Of a DNA stretch of 64,000 nucleotides, positions 50,401-62,149 are shown piece by piece. Positions within the stretch are counted from its first letter, which is position 1, and every line of letters begins with the position of its first letter. The position numbers and the translations under genes are program-made. Below the pieces are notes generated by a model. That model was not told the DNA's origin, searched no databases, and was given only the letters and a program-made list of their open reading frames with translations. The stretch is from positions 434,001 through 498,000 of the forward strand of contig JAYWIR010000044.1 in assembly GCA_036172245.1 (NCBI GenBank), given 5' to 3'. Origin of the DNA: Raillietiella orientalis. Lineage: Eukaryota.

Positions 50401-53400
50401 AGGTGCAAAACGTGCCACCAATGTAGATAAAGGAAAATTGCTTGCATATTCAGATAATGAGTTGCATCTTCGTTCTCGGCGGGCTCCCTGTTGCGAGAGG
50501 AAGGATGTATAGGTTGTGGATGAAGAACGGTCGGATGAGCTGAAGCGGAGAGCGGAGCAGCTGTTCTCCTTTCAAGCAGAGAACGACAGGCGCTCCTCAC
50601 ACCAAGGTGGTGGACACACCGTCGCCTGCAGGATTCAGCGCCGAGACGACAGCTTCCCCTGAAAGTGTGTCCATCTCATCCATCTTCTTTCCTCTTTCGT
50701 TATCCTTTCTTCATACGCAGATTCACTGTACACTGGCGTAACAGATCGGGCTGTAGCGGATCGTTCAGTAACGTCATTTACACTGCGGAGCCACCTACCA
50801 TCTCTAATTCACCATTGGCTAGTTGTCTCCGAGCCTCGGCTGCCCACAGCACACAGAGGACCACTTGTCCATCTCCAATGGAATGCGGACGCACTTGTAA
50901 TTCCTAAAAGATTCTCAAATTCTTTCACTTGTTGAGGACCAGAAGTCCCTTTTTGAACTGCGATGGCATGGCTTCTAAAGACGGACCTTCGGACTTTCGA
51001 AACGGAACACATTCGTGAACTGATTCAGGAGGGACCCTGAAATTGCCTTCTGGCTGGATGACACTCAGATTGGCTAGATGAGAACATTAGACACGGCCAC
51101 CTTGCAGATGGGGAACCTTGTTGCTGCCTATCGGAACACGCCCTTAACCCGAAGATGGATGAAAAAGGTAGGTGCGATATCATGCGAGCACATTATCACT
51201 TCAGAGTCACATAGTCATCGAAGTAACACGAGGACCTCAGCCGCTGGCTTCGCGCGGCTACCCTAAACAGAGTCCATAATTAGAGATGCAGCACTTTTGT
51301 TATCTTCCTTTTTTTTTCCGAGAGAGGATCCACTCACAGCAAACATGCAATCCAAACTCCTCTTTACGTCGCGTACGTTATATCGTGGCCTGCAAAAGTC
51401 TAATATAGGCACAAAACCAGTGTCCCTCTGTCCCCTGATATAGTTACCAACCCTCGCGTACTGGCATGTTCCCCATCCAAGATGTGCCAGTTTTATTCAG
51501 TGAGGAATGTGTCAGCAGCTTGATGTCATTTCCTGATTTAGGGATTCGCAGCCCCGAAGATTCGTCGGATGCAATCTTGTGCCCATATTTCACAGCACTC
51601 ATTCCGGGGAGTGGACTGCGAGGAATGTGCGCATTCATTTTGGAAGGTTCCTTGCCCGTGTAATGTTGTGAAGATGCCATCCACTGTGAAACCAAGGACA
51701 CAAAGTAACCCTGATTCACAATCCAGCTCCTGTCACGCTGGAAAAGGAGTCAAGTTCTTCGTTTATTGCCAGCCATCCAACTCTGGAAGAGAGGGTTTCT
51801 CCTCTGCTACAAAGCCTTCAGCAGTGAGAAGAGATCAGGAAATGGAGAACGCTGTTTCCAGTTTTGCAGGATTCAGAATCACTTGGGAGCTAATCGGATC
51901 AAATGACTGAAACTCGGATTTGTTCGGCGATGCAATTCTGATACATTTTTGCTGCTTTCCGCGCCCAGCCTGCTTTTTCTTTTCTTTGTACTCAGGAGCC
52001 GTTGCTGCACCAAGTAGGAACGTCGGAGAGGTCTGAGGCAACGCGGACACGCGGGGAATAACGGGACCCTCTCTTCCCCTGCTATGCATTCTAGTTGAGC
52101 GTGAATCCTGACGTTTACAGGAGAGAACGCCGAACGATCCACTCCTAATTCACCCGAAGCCTGAAACCGTCCCCAGGAGTCATCTTTCGGGGAAATTCGA
52201 AACCGAGCTCGCCATCTGTCCTTGAAGGTATTCGAACCTGCGACTCCAAGTACCGCGTGACCACACGGCTGCTGGCCACATTCCTAAAATCAGTGGACGG
52301 AAAACGGCACGCAAAAAGGGTTAGTCCACGGAGACAGGTTCGAAGAGGACGAATATCCGAGCACTGGAAAGATGACATTCCGTCTGTTTCACAGCAGGGT
52401 ATCTGCACTCGTGGAGCAGGCTGCCGAACTCTTTTATTGGCTGGTCATCTCTGTTCCCTCTGTGCCTGCCCGACACCTATCAGGCTTTTACATGTCCCAT
52501 AAGAAAAATGAGATCGGAAAACCAGTAGGGAAGAGAAACAAACACATTGCTGGCACGGATGGGCACACCTTCGTGCTTTAGAAGTGGTCACACAAGGACT
52601 GCGAGCCTGGAGGAGCTCACTTGGTCTGAGATCACCGAAGGCGGTCTGAGATCAAGTAAGGTGAAGGCGTTGCTGTTCACGAGGAGGAGCACAGCAAGTG
52701 TCACCCCTCCTCTTGAGAAAGGCAGGAGCGCGCACCACTACCGACACACCCCTTCCCTTGAAAGCGCTGCAGACGGTGCATCTAGACGGAAAAAAAATAG
52801 GAAATCCCAGGTTTCTGTGGCCCGTTGGAGCAAGCGGGCAGGAACCTATAGGTGGTGGCCTTTGAAGCGAATCTCGCTCGGAGATGCGCAGCCCACTGCA
52901 TAAGGTGCACCCTCCGAACACATAGAAACCATCGTAACGTTCGTCAAGGACTTACCGGTGTAAACCGACAGCGACGACCTTGCGAATGACTCCATCAAAC
53001 AAGGCGTCCAGGCTCAATGAAAAAAAAAAAAAAGAAACAGAAACTGAAGAAGTTGATGGAGTGCCACTGGTGTAGTCTCCTCGTCTCTGGAGGGAATATG
53101 TCCCCAAACTGTATAATCTGCGGGAAGGTGGAATCGTTTCTGTCCCGGCATGATCGGGAGAAAAGTTGGTATGCAGAGGATTCTAACAGCGCAAGTCAGT
53201 GTTCAAGATCTCAAAAAAAAAAAAAGCAAGGTCATCAACCGGATTTCTCTGTTCCTCGTGGTGACCAGAGCGAGGATATTTTAGCACTTTTGAGGGGCAA
53301 GGATTCCGAGGATTCCATATGGAATGGCATCCATTTCCAGCAAGCATCAGGATGCATCTCGAGAACCTTCAATACCGGAGAATACGGAAGCAAGGAAAAC

Positions 53401-53760
53401 CGAAAAGAAATCAAACCGGAAAATCTTTGTTAGGCCCGAGAAGGAGGCGGTATGGGAATGAAGCAGCGGGAGCTTGCGTCAAGACTTTGGGACGCAGAAA
53501 GTGACCCGCGCCTGGGACGATAGCCCGTTGGTTTTCCACATAGAGTATGCAGAATGGATGATTGGTTCAGAGTGACTTACGCCAGCGCTCATCCACGGCA
53601 GGAAGAGAGTGGGACATCACTGACTCCACTCGTAGAGCAGAAAGCAACAGTTGGTCATCGACAAAGCCCTCCTAGTGGCGCCGAAATTTAAGGAGCCGAA
53701 CGGGAAAGAGCTTGCAAGATGTTTGCTTACGTCTGCACCACCGACGACAGCGACATAGGC

Positions 53761-55150
53761 TTTCACCAGGTCACTCCGGGGTATTTATTCATGAAAAAGA
53801 GATAGACAAATTGGGAATGCAGATGCCAGGAACAGCGAAAAGGAAGTTCGAAGGGATAGTTCACTGGGACGCAGGCCGGGTCCTTAGGAAATCCGGAGCA
53901 AGCGGGAGAGGACAATGAACAAAAAAAAAAACGAAAGGCGGGAAAAGACGTCTCTGGTATCGGCTGCTCATTCCTCCTTAGAACAAGAACAGAATTCTGG
54001 CGATCTCCAGCCCAACTTCTTCTTCCAGCTGAGATCACCTCGCAGCCGCCTTCAAGTAGGTGATGGCCATGGGGTGATCTCCCTTCGCTGCGCTTAAGGA
54101 TCCAACAAATGGCAGGCTGTGACGTTGGCACGGATGCAGCATGTCGTCGCTGCGTCTGTCGTGACTCCGTCTCTCACGAAGAATCGCCGCAGCATGCCCT
54201 TAGCAGTTCTCAGAATGCAGGAGCACCGAAGACATCCTCCACCAAAATTCCCGGAGGGCACCGCAGTCCATTGAGAGATCCGGGAACAATTCAGTCGTCC
54301 CCTCACACCATTGGGGAAGCAACCTCCCCGAAAACCAGGTGTCCGAGCTGGTTTCACTCGAAACCCTAGTATAGAAACAGCAGCACACCCTGTTCCCACC
54401 TCATGATGAACACTGCAGTGTTCACAGCACATAGGAGGTACCACAGGTTCTTCAGAAGGGCATACTTAAGAGTTCATCGAAGCAATCCTTTCGTCTGGCA
54501 GCAAGGAGTGGCGGCATTTACCAGCTTGTTCCAGTTGTTCAAGAGCTGGCAACATGGATGGAGACGAAGAGTATGCCAACATGACATACTCTTTGTCTAC
54601 TGGCAACATCCATGCGGTGTAGCTCAGCAAGTGCAAAAGCGTACTCCATGCTGAGACTGTATGCAAAATGCGAGAAATCTGAAGAGCCAGGAGTAGGTAC
54701 TGAATCGAAATCGGATAGGGGCATGTCCAGCAAACGACTGCACGTTAGCGATGCAGAAATCCGATCTGCCGCAGCAGGTGCAGGATGATGTGCTCATATT
54801 TTATCACTGTGATCTCTTGTGCTCCAGGAAACTGATCCTCTGGACACTCGACTCACAGGAGTATGAAGAAAAGGAATTCTTGCGCCTCTACGCTTTCCTT
54901 TAGTTTCCAGACCACTGGCAAGGACCGGCATGTGATCAAGAAGGTGATCAAATCCAGAGTATTCAACCAAGACAAAAACACTGAATGTGCTGTTTGAGAG
55001 AGTTGGCAGTGACCACAACCACGATCCGATGATGAGGATGACAGTCGCCTCCTTCGTAAATAGCACCGTGACTAGAAGAGCACGAGCAAGAGAAATGACA
55101 GGCACAGAAATAGCGACTCCTATTGATACGCAGCATCGAGATCTGGAACA
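53761..55150 (-). mobile_element. Collapsed LINE: endonuclease end, C-terminal region, 3' UTR
   Basis: LDHMPVLASGLETKGKRRG (cf. SDH.PV), MDCGALREFWW, MLRRFFVRDG...CCIRA, T-tract, terminal motif 53761-53789. Confidence 0.7.
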
Positions 55151-55319
55151 TTCCCAAATCGACCTATCATTTCATGATAAATAAAACTCAAAGAACGTCT
55201 TAAGCGCGGCAAGGACACGTTCCTCATGGATGTCAGTTCCATTGTTCTTTTTAGTGTTTATTTAGACTCACATTCATCAGCAAACTTCTCTGAATGTTCG
55301 CGTGTCCCTTTGATAGGTG

Positions 55320-55970
55320 TGCCTGGATGGTGTGTGGGATAACTCAGTACCAGAGAAACCCCAATTAGAGGCAGAATTGCAGCTACTGCATTTTGAAGGA
55401 CATTACTGGCCAGGAGAGTTTCGCTCAAGTCCTGAACAAGGACAACACCACCTGCAATCAAGGTTGCCACAGCCTCTGCTTGATCTGAGAACTCAGGACG
55501 CGGTTCTCGAAGCTGCAGCCCCCAAAGCATAAGACGCATAGTCTTCCAAGGAAGTCTCCAAATTTAGTGAAGAAGGTGACCCTATCACAGAAGACCTGCT
55601 TTGCAGTGGAAAAAATGATTTCCATGGATAAGCAGAAAAGTTTCCAGTGTGCGAGGGGAATAAATTTACCCATTTTTGAGGAAGAATTCTTCCATAGCAG
55701 CACGTACCTATGTGATGAGGTAGTTGCTGCATACCCCCGATTTCGTAGGGACGTTAGTCGCACCATGTATGATTAATACAATGCTAAGATGCTATGCACT
55801 CGAATTCACAGTTTAAGATAAGAGAGATGATTCAGGTCTCGAAGAACAAAACTTTCCTCAGCATGTGAGCTACTGAGAGGAATGCTAATCGTGAACTTGG
55901 GAACACGTGGCAATGGAAGATGAAGCAGTTGATGGACATAAATTGGAATTTGTTGGTGTGTTTACACTTA
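55320..55970 (+). mobile_element. Possible hAT transposase N-terminal relic (BED type)
   Basis: GVWDN...CSYC (BED-like), NLPIFEEEFF...AYPRFRRDVSR (cf. PF..VE...F....Y..PSR.T.SR), FVGVFT. Confidence 0.33.
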
Positions 55971-57249
55971 AAGAACATCGATGGTTCTTTGGAGACGTGG
56001 CAGCCCTGTATTCATGAACCTACTATGAGAACCAGGAGTTCCACACACACCCTCCAATTCAAAACAAAAATGAGGAGGCGGATTTGACGAATGAACAGCG
56101 CCAGTTGAAATGGTGAATGCAGGAGCGGATGATTTCCATGGCGAATGGATTCGTAGATGACGAAGACATGGGAACGAATTCCCAAGCAAAAGAATGACGA
56201 CGATTCCTTTAACAAAAACATGAGAAAGTTACAACGAAACCCACAGTTGATCTATTGGGTCCAAATGTTCCAGAACCTGGGAACAAATTCATGCAGTTAG
56301 CAGCAGCAAGAATTCCCGCAGATGATTTTCCTGTAATTAACAGAATGCTTGCTTCGAATGAGGTGGTGGCAGAGAGAGTCGGTTAGTCCAGAAGTCGGTT
56401 GCAGTAATGCAGATTGGAGCAGTGCAATGTGATGGCGTAATCCCCACTTCCGACATAACATTTGAACCTCCAAGTTTTCATCGAATAAATTGGAAGGAAG
56501 GGAGGGAAAAGGGATAGGGGGGGGGGGGGTACGATTGACTTGGACCTTCGCGCGTCAAGTGCTCAGGGAAGACGCACACAACGAAACGTGGAAGAAATAC
56601 GAGAAAGAGAACTGGAAGTTCAGACAGCCCTGATGTGTGTTCCCGCGCCTCCATAAAAACCGAGAAACGTTTAACGGCGTGCATAAAAGTCTTCGATTTC
56701 TGGGCTCGTAAAGAAGGAACCGGGACACCCATCGTGTCATGATTTCAAAAAGCATCACGACGCGTCAGATTCACGGGGATCAAACACGAAATTCGTGTCT
56801 TGAATATGAAAAGGTTGGTACGATGAGCGAACCATACCGAACAATAACCCACACAGATGGGATTAAAGTGCAAACTCCCTATCGTCGCTTCTCTACCTGG
56901 GATTGGCAGAGGTCTCCGATTATTATAGAGAGCTATAATAATTGGAGACCAGTGACCTGTAATCATTGGATCATAATCCTGGAATCACCGGAATTCTACA
57001 AGAACGAGGAGGAAGCGGCGGGCTTCGACGCGCACAACTTTCCTAACTTTACGGGAAAGGCAGGGACTCCGATTCACCAGACCGCAAATGCATTTCTTCG
57101 CAGAGCTGGGCATTATGAAGGTATGGCTGGTGACCAGCCTAGCGGTTTGACACGGTCCTTCTGCCCAAGTCCGCCATCCATGGTTGATTGCCAGACCTCC
57201 TGAGCAAATTAGGGCAAAGACAGTCGCCAGTAGGCAAGCTTTTCTGTTA

Positions 57250-58220
57250 TTAACAAAGTATTAATGCTTCCAGAAGAAATATCTGTCAATTTTTCACAGT
57301 CATGCGATTGTAGAAGATCCTGCTGAGTCGCAAGCATTCGGAAATAGTTCTAAGACACCTTCCGAGGGCGTTAGATGCCGCCACGAATCATTTCATTCTT
57401 GATGTCTTCTGACTGCCTCTTTTTCATTTGGAGTTCTTTTAACACCGTGTCGTTTCCTGAGTCCTGAAAACAGTGCTTCAAAATGATGCAAGCACTATTT
57501 TACAGGAGAAATGCCGAGCCACAGTAGTTACTCCCTTTCCCTGTAGTCTTCTAAGGTATAGGAATTGCTTTGTAAGGGTCAGGCAACGTCAAGCAGAATT
57601 CCTCTTCCGTCGCCTTGCAAGGCACGGTCCACGATAGCAGAGATCACCAGATCACCAGAGGGCAAAGGAAGGTTTCGGAAGAACAAAGACACCGCCCTGA
57701 ACATCTAAATAATCGACCTGAGTTCTCAGCCTTGGACACCAGAAGTCCAGTTCAACCACCGTCAGTCCTGGCTTCAAGACGACAAAACTTCTCAGGGGAA
57801 CTCCACTGTCGCTGCTCGACATAACTGTGACTGATGGGGGCAGGCAGATATGCCCTCAGTCCCAGGAAGCTTGTTCCTTGGGCCCAGCCTCGTGATGGAA
57901 CACTGCTATAAAATCGAGCACGTCTGGGCTACAATTTAGCGAAATCGGCAAACATTCGTCGGAGGGCGAGAGTCAACTCATATTTGCGTCAGATCGGTGA
58001 TTTCGATGACCCCACGAGATAGAAATGCGCTGCACTCTTACAGTCATTTCTGAGTGAAATGCATGGTGAAGTGCACACTTTCTTTGGCGGCGTGAAGCAG
58101 ACAGTATTGCATGCTCGTTCATTACTTGAGCTTCATTGCTTTTTCATAGCTTCTCTGTTTATTCGACACGTTCTTCCAATTACAAAAGCCACCATTTTTG
58201 AGATCATATGCACTTGACTG
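57250..58220 (-). mobile_element. Possible hAT relic (ZnF_TTF / DUF4371 type)
   Basis: GFCNWKNVSNKQRSYEKA (cf. GF.NWK......HE.S); downstream MIRG...GVLELF/RMLATQQDLLQSH...TDISSGSINTLL (cf. FRG...GNFLELL.LLA..D..L..H...Y.S..IQNELI). The first motif could instead be a host exon. Confidence 0.3.
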
Positions 58221-58299
58221 TGATGGAATGACACATGGTTGAATACTTACGTTACACAAATATACAATACACACACAATAAATACACAATCTATAAGGG

Positions 58300-60220
58300 A
58301 TACGTACAGACAAGTTGGAACCAGGAAATAAAAGGCATCAATATCAGATAAGTTCTTCATCAAGGCAATCTGTCCCTAATTGATAATAACACATTCTCCA
58401 TGAAAGTAGAAGCATCTCTATGTAAGCCACACAATTACTACATACGCTATGAATGCATTAAATTACTTTAACTCAAGTTGGGAGGTTGGAGAATTTGTAT
58501 TTGGAGCATTTTGCCAGGAAGATACACAGTTTTTGCCTGTGCACAAACAACTGTGTCTAAAGAGAAGACAAACGAAACCGGCAATAGATTGATCCCATTA
58601 ACAAACCAGCAATGCTAACACAATCTAAAAATAAAATAAGCAGCAGCATCTCAAGGAAGTGACACCAAAAAAATCTCAAAAAAATGGACAATCATCTGCA
58701 AGTATGTTTTCCATCAAAGATTTTTGGATTGTTTATTTTCCCTGGATTATTTTACAAATGTACAGCTGTACAGAGCACATTGGTCATGCAAAGGAGCAGA
58801 GCTTTAAAACAATACTGCAAACAGTACTTAAGTTATATCAGTTCCCACAACATTGACTTCAACTTTCTCCCTCTACCATGCACTATGGTTACAATTTATG
58901 CTGATGGAATCTCCCTATCATGACATGAAGGTAAAGCCACTAGTCCTAGAGAAAGGAACAAAAAATGGAACCATAAAAACATGCTATAACCTCTGCAGGT
59001 AGTAATATCCTCTCTTCAGAATTCTACAATTTTAAAAATGGAAGCTAAATATGAAAGAGATCAACTTACAAATGATGGAATGTTTGGAAAGTAAAAATGC
59101 ATGAGTAAAATGGATTGCAATGCAATGCTACAAAACAATGCAAGATATGGCAATTAGAACCACGAGCACATTTGGATGCCAGAAAACATTACCATCAAAA
59201 ATGTAGATGACCAAAATAGGCAATCCCACAGAAAACATTTGCACAAAAGGAAGCTTCATCTTGATTGGCTGTATTTCCAACATGCAAATTTGAAGTCCTG
59301 CTGACTGAATCACATAAATACGAACTTGTTTAAGCAGTTACAAATATGGTGCAAAACATAATGAGTTTCAGTTTAATACATTCCACTTTTCCGCTTGTAG
59401 GTTCAATTTCCCATTTTCTTTAAGAGTTGATAAAAAAACTTGAACCTAAAATCTGAGTTTTGTACAATTCCGCGCTTAAAAATTTCAGTCTGTTAGTATG
59501 CAGCAAACCATTTGTCATAATGGATATTCATATTTTTGATGATTTTAGGATTTCAAGAATGTGCCACCAATCTAGGAACATTCATTTGTACTACTGCATT
59601 TCATATCTTCCTGTTCTTAGAAATGGTCTCTAATTTCATAAGAAGGCTAATCAAGCATATTCGAAACTTACCATCACTGAATATTGACTAAACTAAGTGT
59701 GCTAACCTCTAGCCTGAGTGATGGTAGCAATGTTTATTTTCAACACAAACTGGGAAACAAGAAGAAATTGTGATTGTAAACCACAACCACGTCCTTTCAG
59801 ATGAAACTGAAGTCTCAACTAGAATTTAATGTAAATGAAATACTAAAGCAATTTAACACACTACAATAAGCTGCTGATTGGAAAAATTGTCCGGTTTAAG
59901 TACCTTCTTCAAATCCTAATTCCAAGCTTTTGAACTTGAGAAACCAATAAAAAATTTTCATCCACTCATTCGATCATTTGACATGCCACGGTACGCATTC
60001 TTTTCCATGTTTTTCCCTCCTCTACATAAATTCCCAAACACTCACTCTTGTCTTTTTTGAAATTCAGAGGCTTTCTGAAACCATGTAAACATAGTGCACT
60101 CACAGAAAAAGCACTTGCACCAATCGAAATTTCGAAGAATCAACGAGAATTTAAAACTAACGAATCGACTACCAAAGTACCTTTGATACACCTTTGATAG
60201 CAGGTCAAAATAAAACTGCA
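58300..60220 (-). other. Probable intron-rich spliced gene or pseudogene with micro-exons, product unknown
   Basis: AT-rich region with AG/GT-bounded short segments, e.g. 60215-60181 and 60074-60046, which splice to an open FYFDLLSKVYQRKPLNFKKDK; further donor-like sites near 59903, 59670, 59067 and 58249. Confidence 0.33.
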
Positions 60221-62149
60221 GTGGGCCAAACAGCTTGCCAAAGCAAGTGTTGCCAAGAGTAATAACACAAAAGTAGCCGAACCTTGACATCAAATGTGAG
60301 CAAACAAATATAAGATATTCAGCAAACTTGTCAACTATAGGAACCCTTGTTAAAGAAACACACAGTTAGCTCACAGTTAGCAGGAAAAGAATAATTGAGG
60401 ATAATAAAATGGCTTCAAATCGTCACTATGGAGGGTACATTAGCAAAGTCCAAGCTTGGATGTAACCATTAGATCTCAAGAACCGGAGAAGATGAGCTAA
60501 AAGGCGAGGAAAGAAGACAAAAACTGATACTTCTTGAGAAAATAATAAACAATGAAATAAGTAGGCTGTTTTTTAAGAAACGAAAAATAGAGTGCAATCA
60601 TCTTAGAGGATGGGAATACGATGGAGGAACAGACAGTTAGATTCCACTGATGGCTTTAAATCATTTCCAAACACAATTGATAGATTAACTTTTATTTTAA
60701 GTGCTTACAGATTGTCTGAAATTAGAAAAGACGAAAAAGTAGGATAAATCTGCTAATGAATGTCCACTGACAATTATCATTGGAACTCGAAAATCGGGAC
60801 TCCTAATGACCCAAGTGCTTTTGAAGATATGTATATGTAAGTCTATTGTTCGTGAGATAACGTCTACAAGAAGTGCTGTGGGTATCGAATGTACAGGAGT
60901 TCTTGATACACATCCCCAATCTTTGCTTGCAGAACTCCAGCATCATCACCAAAAGCACGGCTATCTAATCAATCTCATAGAAAAAAGCAACAAAAGGAAA
61001 ACGAGAGCACGTGATCCCAGACCAATCAATCTTGTAAGATCACTTGAAACTACGACCAGACGTGGTGTTTCAAAACTTAAGTCGAGCCATCACACTCGTG
61101 GCCTCCTGCGTAAAACGCAATATCACCATTGAAGGAAGCACGGCAGAGGAGACCAGATATAAAAAACTGCTACCAAGTCGCTGAAAGAGGAGTAAAGCAG
61201 CTGGTGATAGGATTACTCAGAGTCCGGGACTCGAAGAACGAGCACAGTCAGCTTAGATTGAGGTGGCTCTAAGATGTGGCATATAGGGAACATATCTAAA
61301 AAACACAACCTGGAACACCTAAAGGATCAACAAGTGTCAGTGTGAGCTCAACAGAAACACAAAATGATGCAAATTGTAGACAGAGTTTTACACACTCAAA
61401 AACGTTTTATACACTCTTTTCAATGAGACTTATGTAGAAAGTTTGTAGGAAGGCTTACATAAGCTTCACTAGCTTCCCATTGCAGCTTGGCATGAATCAT
61501 TACGACGATGCTAGTTTTTCAGACGAGGTTTAGATTTAATGAAGAGAAAGAGAAATAGATAATACCTATAGCGTTAAAGCAAATACTCTACGACTGCATA
61601 TATTAATCTCAATTATACATCACAACTTTGCAATATGTTTGCCTAAGAGAAAATTCATGTTGTGTCTCACGACCAGGTGAAGGAAAGCATTGCAAGCACT
61701 ACTAACTGTCACCTTGATACCGAATACAATTCTGCTGAACCTCCACTGTGCAACCCTTAGTTTTCATAGATTCGTGAAATATTGTTAATAGACAAGGAAA
61801 AACATAACGATACGGCAAGAGAGTTTACATCGGAAATATTTCAGTTTGCGTTACTTTCAGATTGGAACTTCTTGAAAGGTTTGATGAAAAAACTTCGTAG
61901 AGCACCAAACTCTTTCTTTCATCTTTTTTTTTTTTTTCCATGGAAGCAAAACATTTCCACTAAAGAAACCTCAACGAAATCCAAAAGTACATTTTTCCCT
62001 CTAGCCAGAAACTTTTAGTTTTGATAATGCCACACTTCTGGTTCCGTCTCACTTTTTCCAAGAAGAGTGCTCGCAGGTTGGGAGGCTGGGAGGAATCAAC
62101 GATCGGCAGCCACTTGCGACGTGGATCCAAATGTCCATTACCTGCTTTC

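Noticed and set aside
53095..53170. Additional zf-RVT (SPNCIICGKVESF)
   Set aside because: Too short, lacks the H and final C, and is equally compatible with a PPR CG.V motif.
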